From positions 4,370-68,369 of the forward strand of contig JBHORK010000005.1 in assembly GCA_042565725.1 (NCBI GenBank): a stretch of 64,000 nt of DNA, read 5' to 3'. The translations under genes were made by a program, and so were the position numbers. Position 1 is the stretch's first letter; each line of letters begins with the position of its first letter. Under the pieces are notes generated by a model. It searched no databases, was not told where the DNA came from, and saw only the letters and a program-made list of their open reading frames with translations. Shown here piece by piece: positions 19,706 to 28,626 of this stretch. Source of the DNA: Verrucomicrobiota bacterium. Lineage in GTDB: Bacteria > Verrucomicrobiota > Kiritimatiellia > UBA8416 > JBHORK01.

Positions 19706-20445
19706 GAACCCTTTTTCGTAATAAATTGAGATGCAAGAAAACCCTGAATCTCGCTCCTCTTGGAATTAATAAATTCTTCCGGAGATGATATTTCTATAAA
19801 TTTTCCACCGTGTATCATTGCTATTCTTGTTCCTATCGAAAGCGCACTATGCATATCATGCGTAACAACAACACTTGTAACATCAAGTTCCACTCTCATT
19901 CTTTCAATCAAGGCATCTATTGTTCTTGCCGTCACAGGATCCAGCCCCGATGTCGGCTCATCATATAGAACAATCTCGGGATCCCTGATAATTGCCCTTG
20001 CCAGTCCTGCTCTTTTCTGCATGCCGCCTGATATTTCACCAGGATGTTTATTGCCATCGTTTTCCAGCCCTACCAGCTTGAGCATTTTCCAGGCTTTTGC
20101 CATTATTTCTTCATCCCCCATATCTGTTTTCTCTTGAAGAGGCAATGCAACATTTTCAACAACTGTCAACCAGGCCAAAAGCGCTCCTCCCTGAAACAAA
20201 TAACCAAATCTTTCCCTTATCTTTTCAAGCTGGTGCCCGGAAGCTTCACTGATAATATCATCACCAACATATACTTTGCCGCTATCGGGAGTAAAAAAAC
20301 GCACCATATGCTTTAATGTGACACTTTTACCAACACCTGATGGACCTACGACTACAAATGTTTCGCCTTTTTTAATCTCAAGACTTACGTCATCCAAGAT
20401 GGCCCTGCCGCCTAATACTTTTTTTATGTTTTCGAAACGTATCAT
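19684..20445 (-). CDS. mlaF: ABC transporter ATP-binding protein (MlaF-like)
   Basis: Start set at M44 (MIRFENIKK), whose ATG overlaps the upstream stop (TAATG). Walker A GPSGVGKS, signature ISGGMQKRAGLARA, Walker B VLYDEPTSGLD. Confidence 0.9.
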   Translation of the reverse strand: MIRFENIKKVLGGRAILDDVSLEIKKGETFVVVGPSGVGKSVTLKHMVRFFTPDSGKVYVGDDIISEASGHQLEKIRERFGYLFQGGALLAWLTVVENVALPLQEKTDMGDEEIMAKAWKMLKLVGLENDGNKHPGEISGGMQKRAGLARAIIRDPEIVLYDEPTSGLDPVTARTIDALIERMRVELDVTSVVVTHDMHSALSIGTRIAMIHGGKFIEISSPEEFINSKRSEIQGFLASQFITKKGSWERNTK

Positions 20446-21260
20446 TAGAAATAAAACATCCCTGTAACCAATAGTCCTATGAGAAGAATCATGAGGAACG
20501 ACACAATTACCGCCTGCCTCGTTGCCTTTCCTACGCCAACTGCACCTTGCGTCGTAGCAAAGCCTTGATAACATGAAACAATTGTAATAACCACCCCAAA
20601 TAAAAAGGCTTTTAACAGCCCGACATACAAATCCTTGTTTTCTCCCCCATAGTGTATTGCGTTATCTATGTAGACACCCCATGAAACGCCCAAAAGAGAA
20701 AGACAAATTACCGCTCCTCCTAAAACCCCCATAAGCGCAGTGTAAAATGATAATACAGGCGTCATAATGAGCATTGCTGCCAGTCGCGGCATTACGAGAT
20801 ACCGCACAGGGTCTATAGACATTACCTCAAGCGCCGCAACCTCTTCAGAAACCACCATTGTACCAATCTGAGCTGCCATTGCCGAACCAACACATGCTGC
20901 CAATATCAGCCCTGTCATGAAGGGGCCCATATCCATCAACATCGATTTCAATACCGCTACGCCTATATACGCCTCCTGATGATAATCCCTTGCAACAATT
21001 CCTCCATACAATGCGAGGATCATACCAGTGAAAACAGCAACTATGGTAACGACACCAAGACTCTTGATACCGCAGACAAACATCTGCCCTATAATCTCAC
21101 GGCGACTGCGTTTCGTAAACGCATACCGCAAATTCATCACTGTATAGAACAGCAGAATTGCCCCTCGCCCTACGGAACGGCACCAGAACAATACACGCCT
21201 TCCGATTCTGCCGAAAAACCCTAATGAGGGAGGAAAATATTCAGGTTCATGAGATATCAT
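20445..21260 (-). CDS. mlaE: ABC transporter permease (MlaE-like)
   Basis: Start set at M36 (ATG 21260), which has GGAGGG 6 nt upstream. The longer ORF-track N-terminus is a read-through of a repeat element. Multi-TM MlaE-type sequence. Confidence 0.8.
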   Translation of the reverse strand: MISHEPEYFPPSLGFFGRIGRRVLFWCRSVGRGAILLFYTVMNLRYAFTKRSRREIIGQMFVCGIKSLGVVTIVAVFTGMILALYGGIVARDYHQEAYIGVAVLKSMLMDMGPFMTGLILAACVGSAMAAQIGTMVVSEEVAALEVMSIDPVRYLVMPRLAAMLIMTPVLSFYTALMGVLGGAVICLSLLGVSWGVYIDNAIHYGGENKDLYVGLLKAFLFGVVITIVSCYQGFATTQGAVGVGKATRQAVIVSFLMILLIGLLVTGMFYF

Positions 21261-21277
21261 AAAGTACCCTCCGGCCC

Positions 21278-21374
21278 ATTGGAGTAATGGAGTGTTGGAG
21301 TATTGTAGCGCCAGTGGCCATCCATAAAAGTTTTTAATCTCTCTTCCATTACTCCACTCCTCCACTACTCCATT
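21278..21374. repeat. imperfect hairpin with short-period arms overlapping a stop codon
   Basis: attggagtaatggagtgttggagtattg (21278-21305) pairs with the reverse complement of ccattactccactcctccactactccatt (21346-21374). The right arm contains the stop of the 490-aa ORF. Confidence 0.7.
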
Positions 21375-22821
21375 TCAAAAGGTATAGCAAACGAAACGTT
21401 TTTCGTCTATTTTCTCTTTTATATCCGGCAAGTCCCATTAAAAATCGCCATTCTTTCAGATTATTTATTTTATTTGTCCGCCACAAAAAGAGCGGAAAGA
21501 TCGAAACCTTGCGTCCACTTTTCGGTCCACGCCTATGCCGATAAAGTCCCCATAAAAGTTCATCTTCCTTCTCAGAACCCAATCGCTCATGAGAATATAA
21601 CGTCCAGAACGGCGCCAAATTCCTTTCAACCGAATCAAGATGTTTTGTGGGCCAAAGATCAAGCATTCTGAAATACGCTTCATTATATTCTCTACGATAC
21701 GAGAGTAAGGGCCACAATTTAAAATACCTAGCGGTTACATATGGCAATTCATGTTTCTGCTTAGCCTCGCCCACTGTTTCCCTCACACGACTCTCATACT
21801 GCACCAAGGGGACCATATAAAATCGTTTCAGAATCTCATTGGGTCTCTTGGTTTTATACCACCTGAACACAGGCCAGAGAAAGAACTGAGAGCTGTTGTT
21901 TTTATAAGTCCTTGTTCCCCATAACGGCCAGATATAGAGCTTATCAATTTTCCCTGAACTGTATTGGAGAAAGGGATACGGACAATTCCACTCAACGTGT
22001 GTTCCGTCACCGGCCCATTTAAAGAATGGTGGCAAAACCCACCAGGTTTCGCTCTTCCGAGTAGGCAGCCCCTTCATTTGATGATTAACCCTTGCATGCC
22101 CGAAAAGAGGAAACAAAATAAAGCTGTGCCCTTTGTGTGATGGATTCTTAAACGTTGCAGAAGTCCAAACAGGCCACATTGCAAACATTTTGTCATATTC
22201 TCCTTCGCGCTTTGATCTCCCGTAAAAAGGAAATACTCTAAAACGCGAAACGCGCGTACCTTTTGCTCTAGATATAAAAGGCCACAGAATATCGAGAGTC
22301 TTCAGATCACCTGTTACACTGGAAGCGTACAAAGGAAATAGAAAAAATGTTATCTTATCTCTGCTGAGGAATTCGTGAATTCTTCCGCCGACCGGAAACA
22401 GGGCAAAATATTCCTCAAGGTTTTTGTCGCGTCCTCCAAATACGAGTGGGAAGATTACAAATCTAAATCGCGACTTCCCATCAGTGTTATCAAAATCATG
22501 CCCAAACGCATTAAGAAAACGCCAATATGTTTCTTTGCGTAACTGCTTACACATCCCTATCGGCCAAAGATATTCGTCAAGTCGGCGGTTTTTGCCCGGA
22601 TCTTCAACCGTACTGAAAAACGGACGTATGGCTTTAAAAGTTGTCCCGTCTCCTGTTGCCTGACATTCAAAAACAGGCCCTATCGATCTTAAGCGCTTAT
22701 TGCCTTCAAGACTTAAATCGCCAGTTCCGACAGGACCAATGTCAAAGTCGGGTGCGACTCCTGAGACCAAAGAAGCCACAAAAAAAAAGTAAACAAAAAG
22801 ATAGATTTTATGAGAATTCAT
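21349..22821 (-). CDS. hypothetical secreted protein built from about 20 aromatic-Pro-hydrophobic-aromatic ([FW]P[LVF][FWY]) repeats
   Basis: 490 aa with signal peptide. Recurrent FPLVFGG, FPVGG, FPLY, WPFI, FPFYG, WPVW, FPLFG, WPLWG, WPVF, WPLL, FPLFLW at about 20-25-aa spacing. No family recognised. Confidence 0.5.
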   Translation of the reverse strand: MNSHKIYLFVYFFFVASLVSGVAPDFDIGPVGTGDLSLEGNKRLRSIGPVFECQATGDGTTFKAIRPFFSTVEDPGKNRRLDEYLWPIGMCKQLRKETYWRFLNAFGHDFDNTDGKSRFRFVIFPLVFGGRDKNLEEYFALFPVGGRIHEFLSRDKITFFLFPLYASSVTGDLKTLDILWPFISRAKGTRVSRFRVFPFYGRSKREGEYDKMFAMWPVWTSATFKNPSHKGHSFILFPLFGHARVNHQMKGLPTRKSETWWVLPPFFKWAGDGTHVEWNCPYPFLQYSSGKIDKLYIWPLWGTRTYKNNSSQFFLWPVFRWYKTKRPNEILKRFYMVPLVQYESRVRETVGEAKQKHELPYVTARYFKLWPLLSYRREYNEAYFRMLDLWPTKHLDSVERNLAPFWTLYSHERLGSEKEDELLWGLYRHRRGPKSGRKVSIFPLFLWRTNKINNLKEWRFLMGLAGYKRENRRKTFRLLYLLKWSSGGVE

Positions 22822-22824
22822 TAC

Positions 22825-23898
22825 TTACAGATTTTCCTCGTAATGCTCATTGATTTTTTTGTTAACTCCGAAAACAGAGGCAATAAGGGCGGCTCTGACC
22901 CACATACCGTTCCGCATCTGGCGCCAGTAAACAGCCCGCGGATCTCGATCCACATCAGGCGAGATCTCATTACGCCTCGGAAACGGATGCATGATCACAG
23001 CATGGGGTTTAAGCAACGAGAGATGCTCAGCATTGAAGCAGTATTTTGAAATATCAATTTGCGCACTTTCCCCTTTCTCTGCGTCCCACTCGTCCTGCAC
23101 ACGGGTCATATAAATAGCGTCCGCTTCGGGAATTATAGTTTTAAAGTCTTCGCTCAGCTCACAATTTGCACCTGCCTCACGGAGCATACGCAAAACATCT
23201 TCACCCACCTGAAGCTCTTCAGGTGCCACAAAATATTGATTTACATTATCATAGTTCGTCAAAAGGTAAGCCAGAGACCGAACCGTTCGTCCACGCGCGA
23301 GATCACCTACAAAAACAATTTTCTTTCCATCGATTCCGCCTTCATTCTCAAAGCTGCGCTGAAGAGTATAAATATCCAGGAGTGCCTGCGTGGGATGCTG
23401 ATCCTTTCCTGAACCTGCATTTATAATTGGAATCGGCCTATCGGAATTCGACAACACCCAGGCCATCCTTTCCGAAAGCCCCTGCATCTTAGTACGCATA
23501 ATGATAAGATCATAGTACGAACTGAAAGTCCTGACGGAATCCTCCTTGCTTTCTCCCTTAAATTCACTGGATGTTGCCGTATCGCGAACTTCTCCAGTGC
23601 TTATACCCAGAATCTGGCATGCCGCACAAAAAGATAAAAATGTTCTAGTGCTGGGTTGTGTAAAGTAAAGCATCGCACGTTTGCTAGAAAGAAGGCTTTG
23701 CAGAAACTGCATGCCGGCATCGCTTTTGGCAATAAAACGAATATTTGTGGCAAGAGCACCAAGTTCATCAAGCTGTTTGCGATCAAACTGCTGAGCTATC
23801 AATGCATGAAAAGCACGCCCATCTTCCATCAAACATGGGCCCTTTTCCAACAGGTTCAGCCGGTGAAAATCTTCCCATGACATTTCGTTCAGATTCAA
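22825..23898 (-). CDS. pyrB: aspartate carbamoyltransferase-like (ATCase family)
   Basis: 357 aa. PSTRTFLSF (STRT carbamoyl-phosphate motif, second Arg replaced), HPTQALLDIYT, GDLARGRTVRS, YMTRVQDEW, HPFPRRNEI. About 40-aa N-terminal extension. Confidence 0.7.
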   Translation of the reverse strand: MNLNEMSWEDFHRLNLLEKGPCLMEDGRAFHALIAQQFDRKQLDELGALATNIRFIAKSDAGMQFLQSLLSSKRAMLYFTQPSTRTFLSFCAACQILGISTGEVRDTATSSEFKGESKEDSVRTFSSYYDLIIMRTKMQGLSERMAWVLSNSDRPIPIINAGSGKDQHPTQALLDIYTLQRSFENEGGIDGKKIVFVGDLARGRTVRSLAYLLTNYDNVNQYFVAPEELQVGEDVLRMLREAGANCELSEDFKTIIPEADAIYMTRVQDEWDAEKGESAQIDISKYCFNAEHLSLLKPHAVIMHPFPRRNEISPDVDRDPRAVYWRQMRNGMWVRAALIASVFGVNKKINEHYEENL

Positions 23899-24002
23899 CC
23901 TTTATATCTCCGTTAATGCGGCAAAAGCCGCAACCGTATAACGTTTCGAGCTTAGCAACCTCAACCGCAAACCGTTCTCAATGCATATTACTCTTGGTTT
24001 AA

Positions 24003-24995
24003 TTAATCGCACAGTGATGCCACCAGTAACGCCTTAATTGTATGTACCCGGTTTTCCGTCTCTTCAAAGACCATGGAAAACGGGGCCTCAAAAACATCAT
24101 CAGTCACTTCCAAAGCACCTGTATCCTTTGTAATCTCTGTATTCTTATCATGAAGAGCGGGCAGGCAATGGAGAAATATGATTTTGTCTTCCTCAAGATT
24201 TCCAGTTTTTCTAATCAAATCCATATTTACCTGATAAGGCTGTAGAAGCTGAATCCTTTCGGCCAATTTCGATTCTTCGCCCATGGAGGCCCAGACATCC
24301 GTATAAACCGCATTTGCGCCTGCCACCCCTTCTGACGGATCATTAACAACCGCAACACTGCCGCCACTCGTTTGGGCAATATTTTTTGCCTGCTCTACTA
24401 ATTCACTGGATGGCATAAGTTCTTTTGGGGTGCAATTGACAAAATGCACACCTGTCTTTGCACAACCCAGCATCAGAGAATTAGCAACGTTATTCCGTCC
24501 ATCACCGATATAAACAAGTTTCAAGCCTTTGATTTCGCCAAACTTTTCTTTCATTGTAAGCAGATCTGCCAGGATCTGGGTTGGATGACATTCATCTGTA
24601 AGCCCATTCCAAACCGGTACACCCGCATGTTTCGAAAGGACTTCTACTGTTTCCTGACTGAAGCCGCGGAAAAAAATTCCGTCAAACATCCGCCCCAATA
24701 CCCGGGCCGTATCAGCCGTTGACTCCTTTTGGCCAAGATGCATCTCGCCGGCAGAGAGATATTCCGTTCTTCCACCTTCGTCCGCCAAAGCCACAGCAAC
24801 TGCGCACCGGGTCCGAGTGGACATCTTCTCAAATATCATCGCAACATGTTTGCCGGCAAGCAGGTCGCCGATTTTGCCGTCTTTTTTCTTCTGTTTGAGT
24901 TTTTCTGCCAAGTCCAGCAGGTACATCATTTCTTCGTTAGACACATCATTAAGAGTGAGAAATGATCTGCATTTAAGTTTTGTATTCAGCTTCAT
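24003..24995 (-). CDS. argF: ornithine carbamoyltransferase
   Basis: 330 aa. FEKMSTRTRCA, HPTQILADLLT, DGRNNVANSLM, FLHCLPA motifs. Confidence 0.85.
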   Translation of the reverse strand: MKLNTKLKCRSFLTLNDVSNEEMMYLLDLAEKLKQKKKDGKIGDLLAGKHVAMIFEKMSTRTRCAVAVALADEGGRTEYLSAGEMHLGQKESTADTARVLGRMFDGIFFRGFSQETVEVLSKHAGVPVWNGLTDECHPTQILADLLTMKEKFGEIKGLKLVYIGDGRNNVANSLMLGCAKTGVHFVNCTPKELMPSSELVEQAKNIAQTSGGSVAVVNDPSEGVAGANAVYTDVWASMGEESKLAERIQLLQPYQVNMDLIRKTGNLEEDKIIFLHCLPALHDKNTEITKDTGALEVTDDVFEAPFSMVFEETENRVHTIKALLVASLCD

Positions 24996-25029
24996 GACAA
25001 GAAATATACCAAAGGCATGTAGGAATGGT

Positions 25030-25155
25030 CAATGGTTGATGGTTGATGTAGAATGAATATCCAACAGCCAACAAGGAATATCCAAGGCACAAGGGAGCAG
25101 ACCAATTAAATCCGTTGGTAATTGGAAGTTCCTTGCTGGATATTGAGTGTTCGGT
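25030..25155. repeat. imperfect hairpin element with heptamer arms in divergent promoter region
   Basis: ggttgat|ggttgat|gtagaat|gaatatc|caacagc|caacaag|gaatatc|caaggca|caaggga. The right arm ttccttgctggatattgagtgttcgg is complementary with a one-unit indel. Inner 7-bp IR ccaatta...taattgg. Confidence 0.7.
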
Positions 25156-25215
25156 ATAGATTTTCTCAAAGCAATCCGCTTGCCTCCAACCCTTTTTCCC
25201 TTTATCTTAGATCCC

Positions 25216-26064
25216 ATGAATACATCTACTCCGGAAACATTGGCACTAATAGCCGGTAAAGGCATTTACCCTTTACTCCTTGCGGAATCTGCAAGAAAAC
25301 AAGGTGTGCGCAAGATTCTCGTTATAGCTTTCCGAAAAGAAACAGATCCCGAGATAGAAAAAGTTGCCGACGAAGTAAAATGGATTTATTTAGGGAAACT
25401 CGGCGACATGCTTGATGTGCTCACTGAAAGCGGAGTGAAACATGCCGTAATGGCGGGACAAATAACGCCTACGCATCTTTTCAATATCCGCATGGATAAC
25501 CGCATGCTTAAACTTCTAAAAAAACTCCGTGTCAGAAACGCTGAAACAATTTTTGGCGCCGTTGCCGATGAACTCAAATCCGCAGGTATTGAACTAGTGC
25601 CAGCATCAACATTCATGGAGACCCACATGCCCGAGACAGGCCTGCTTTCAAAAAGAAGTCCTTCAGAATCGGAACAGCGCGATATAGAACTCGGACTAAA
25701 AGTGGCCGTAGCAACCAGCAATCTGGATATCGGTCAGACGGTTGTGATAAAAGAAGGAACTGTGCTGGCAGTGGAGGCGTTTGAAGGGACAAATGAAACA
25801 ATTGAACGCGCAGGAAGACTTGGCGGCCCCGGCGCAGTGGTTGTAAAGCTGGCCAAGCAGGGACATGACATGCGTTTCGATATCCCCGTAATCGGCATGC
25901 ATACGATGAAACTTCTAAAAAGAATAAAAGCTAGTGTGTTGGTCGTTGAAACAGGACGCGCAATCTTACTGGAACGCGAAAAAATAGTGAAGGAGGCAAA
26001 CCGCATAGGACTTTGCTTAACAGCTGTTCAAGTGAGGACCAGCGGCCGAAGGAGCCAAAACTAA
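25216..26064 (+). CDS. lpxI: LpxI family protein (UDP-2,3-diacylglucosamine pyrophosphatase, DUF1009)
   Basis: Start set at M24. LALIAGKGIYPLLLAESARKQG opening, GQTVVIKEGTVLAVEAFEGTNETIERAG, and a DMRFDIPVIG block typical of LpxI. Confidence 0.75.
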   Translation: MNTSTPETLALIAGKGIYPLLLAESARKQGVRKILVIAFRKETDPEIEKVADEVKWIYLGKLGDMLDVLTESGVKHAVMAGQITPTHLFNIRMDNRMLKLLKKLRVRNAETIFGAVADELKSAGIELVPASTFMETHMPETGLLSKRSPSESEQRDIELGLKVAVATSNLDIGQTVVIKEGTVLAVEAFEGTNETIERAGRLGGPGAVVVKLAKQGHDMRFDIPVIGMHTMKLLKRIKASVLVVETGRAILLEREKIVKEANRIGLCLTAVQVRTSGRRSQN

Positions 26065-26065
26065 C

Positions 26066-28282
26066 ATGTCTATTTTAACGTTTACGGCCATTCTGGAAGG
26101 CATGCTCATCTTTATTGCGATTCTGTTAATTATCCATCTGTTCATCCAAAGACGCAATCAGAAGGAATCTTCAGAGTTGCTGTCTGCTAGAACTAAAAAA
26201 CTTCGAAGCGAACTGGCAGAACTGGAAACACAAAAGCTGAAGAGCGCTGAAAAGCAAGAATGGTATTGCTCCCTGTTCAACAAATCTAAGGATATGGTGT
26301 TTGTTTATACCATCACTGAAGACGGATTACCCGGCGTGTTCCTTGACGTAAACGATGCGACATGCACACAACTCAACTATCCACGAGAAAAAATCCTTGG
26401 CATTACTCTACAGGAAATAGAAAGATTCGAAACACCTTCCCTGACAACGGGATACTCACGTTCAGATATGGTTGTTTTGTCCGACTCGTACATCCATGAT
26501 CATCAAAAGAAACTTGCCACTCGAGCCTGCCGCAGGATCATGGAAAAAATATTTAACGATAAACAGATCCTGTACGAAAGCATTCTGCAGGACAGAAACG
26601 GCAAACAAATTCCTGTAGAAATAGCAGCCCGATGTTTTGAGATTCAAGACCATCCCGTAGTGATGTCTACGGCGAAAAACATTACCGAACGACTGCAAGT
26701 AGAACAAGCGCTCACGGATAGTCAGCGGCGTTTTCAGGATTTTTTTGCTCAATCACCTATTGGAATAGCAATGTACGATGCCGACCGAAAGCTTATTGCG
26801 GTTAATCTAGCTTGCCTGAAAATGTTTGGAATTCCTGATCGCGAAGAATTCGCAAAGTTCGATCTTTTCGACAATCCACTTATCCCGGAAAGCATTAAAA
26901 AGAAACTGGATAAAGGTGAAAGTGTAAGATGGGAGGCTACGGTTGATTTCAGCAAAGTTCTGGAAAAATCGCTGTTTATAACAAGAAAAACCAGCACGTC
27001 ATATTTTGATATTATGCTCACGAACATGGGTCCTGATCGTGACTTTAAGTCAAGAGGTTACTTCGCACAGGTACAGGACACCACCGAACGACGTGAAGCA
27101 GAAGATAACCTGCGTCACAGCGAGCAACAGCTTCTGCAGGCAGAAAAAATGGAAGCCATTGGCTCTATGGCTGGCGGAATAGCCCATGATTTCAACAATA
27201 TTCTAACACCTATTATGGGTTATGCCAAAATGGCTATGCGTCCCGGCACAAGTAGTGAAAATATAAAAAAATATGCCGATGGTATTTCAAAAGCCGCCAA
27301 CAGAGCAAAAGATCTGGTAGGCCAAATCCTTACATTCAGCCGAAAGTCGGATCAGGAAGAGCATAAGCTTAATCCTATCAAAACAATTCCTATTGTAAAA
27401 GAAGTGATAAAACTCCAGCGTACATCCCTGCCGGAGAACATTGAGATTCAGCGCGTACTCAAGACTGAACATGACATTGTTATGGCCAATCCCACTAAGA
27501 TTCATCAGGTAATAATGAATCTATGCACGAATGCGGGACACGCAATGCGCAAAACCAATGGCGGAATACTGGAGCTGAGAATGACTGATTTTGTGGCAAC
27601 CAAACGTTCAAAAGGAAAATTCCCTGAACTTGAACCTGGAAGATATCTCCGTATTTCCATTAAAGATACTGGCACAGGCATGGACCAAGCAACCTTAAAA
27701 AAGATTTTCGAGCCATTCTTTACTACAAAAAGAATTGGCGAAGGCACAGGCATGGGATTGTCTGTCGTTCATGGAATAATCACCAGCTATAAAGGCACTA
27801 TCAAAGTTGACACGGAACCCGGCAAAGGATCAACATTTCACGTAATACTCCCTGTCGTCGAAGAAAAAACAGAAGAAGAAACTGAATCAACCGAAGAACC
27901 GCCTACTGGCAATGAATCAATTCTCATCGTTGAAGATGACACTGCCGTAGCCGAAATACTGTCCGAAATGCTCATTTCGCTCGGCTACAAAACAACTGTA
28001 ATAAGCAACGGATTCAGCGCTCTCAAATTATTTAAATTGGATAGTCATCATTTTGATTTGGTTATCATGGATCAAGTTATGCATGAAATGAAAGGAACTG
28101 AACTGGCACGGCAGTTATTGACTATTCGCCCGGATATTCCGATTATTCTATGTACAGGCTACAAAGAATCAATTCCTCCTGAACAGGCCAAAGCCGCCGG
28201 GATCCGGGAGCTTATAACAAAACCATTAACTATTGAGGATCTTTCCGTAATAATTCGCAAGGTTCTCGATCAGCAGAAATGA
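26066..28282 (+). CDS. PAS-domain hybrid sensor histidine kinase / response regulator
   Basis: 738 aa. N-terminal TM helix, two PAS-like regions, H-box GGIAHDFNNILTPI, HATPase_c (DTGTGMD...GTGMGLSVV). C-terminal receiver (ILIVEDD...DLVIMDQVMHEMKGTEL...TKP). Confidence 0.85.
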   Translation: MSILTFTAILEGMLIFIAILLIIHLFIQRRNQKESSELLSARTKKLRSELAELETQKLKSAEKQEWYCSLFNKSKDMVFVYTITEDGLPGVFLDVNDATCTQLNYPREKILGITLQEIERFETPSLTTGYSRSDMVVLSDSYIHDHQKKLATRACRRIMEKIFNDKQILYESILQDRNGKQIPVEIAARCFEIQDHPVVMSTAKNITERLQVEQALTDSQRRFQDFFAQSPIGIAMYDADRKLIAVNLACLKMFGIPDREEFAKFDLFDNPLIPESIKKKLDKGESVRWEATVDFSKVLEKSLFITRKTSTSYFDIMLTNMGPDRDFKSRGYFAQVQDTTERREAEDNLRHSEQQLLQAEKMEAIGSMAGGIAHDFNNILTPIMGYAKMAMRPGTSSENIKKYADGISKAANRAKDLVGQILTFSRKSDQEEHKLNPIKTIPIVKEVIKLQRTSLPENIEIQRVLKTEHDIVMANPTKIHQVIMNLCTNAGHAMRKTNGGILELRMTDFVATKRSKGKFPELEPGRYLRISIKDTGTGMDQATLKKIFEPFFTTKRIGEGTGMGLSVVHGIITSYKGTIKVDTEPGKGSTFHVILPVVEEKTEEETESTEEPPTGNESILIVEDDTAVAEILSEMLISLGYKTTVISNGFSALKLFKLDSHHFDLVIMDQVMHEMKGTELARQLLTIRPDIPIILCTGYKESIPPEQAKAAGIRELITKPLTIEDLSVIIRKVLDQQK

Positions 28283-28442
28283 CATAGTGTTCCGAAGCGA
28301 CCTACTACCACGGATGAGATCCAAATACAAACTCTCGTCCAAACACTCAAGCGGAGGGAAATATTTCTTCCGCAGGCCTATTATGGCCAGGGGTTCAGGG
28401 GGCCATACTCCAGCCAAGGAAGATATATTTCCCGAAGCGAGC

Positions 28443-28519
28443 TGGCACTCCCGGCAGGGCTCGAACCTGCGACATTCGGATTAGAAATCCGATGCTCTAT
28501 CCATCTGAGCTACGGGAGT
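28443..28519 (-). tRNA. tRNA-Arg (anticodon TCT)
   Basis: Hand-folded cloverleaf on the minus strand: acceptor ACTCCCG/CGGGAGT, D-arm GCTC-AGATGGATA-GAGC, anticodon arm TCGGA-TTTCTAA-TCCGA, variable loop ATGTC, T-arm GCAGG-TTCGAGC-CCTGC, encoded CCA. A1:U72 is unusual. Confidence 0.8.
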
Positions 28520-28626
28520 GTAATACCAGAAAGCTGCAGGTTAAAAAACATACCAATGGTTATCAAGGCTATTTGTTGTTTTGCAAACCAAACCCCACAC
28601 ATTCTGCTTATTTCGCTTGCCGGAGG

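Noticed and set aside
19684-20574. Long N-terminal extensions in the ORF track for mlaF (to 20574), mlaE (to 21365), lpxI (25147), birA (38707), the LolA-like paralogue (35156), the URO-D-like gene (17667) and the 423-aa island gene (50178)
   Set aside because: Internal starts have proper RBSs or stop/start coupling. The extensions translate repeats, promoter DNA or the upstream gene. Coordinates were trimmed accordingly.
25029-25265. 78-aa minus-strand ORF in the argF/lpxI spacer
   Set aside because: It is a translation of the heptamer-repeat hairpin element (…LDIPCWLLDIHSTSTINH). It also overlaps the real lpxI start.
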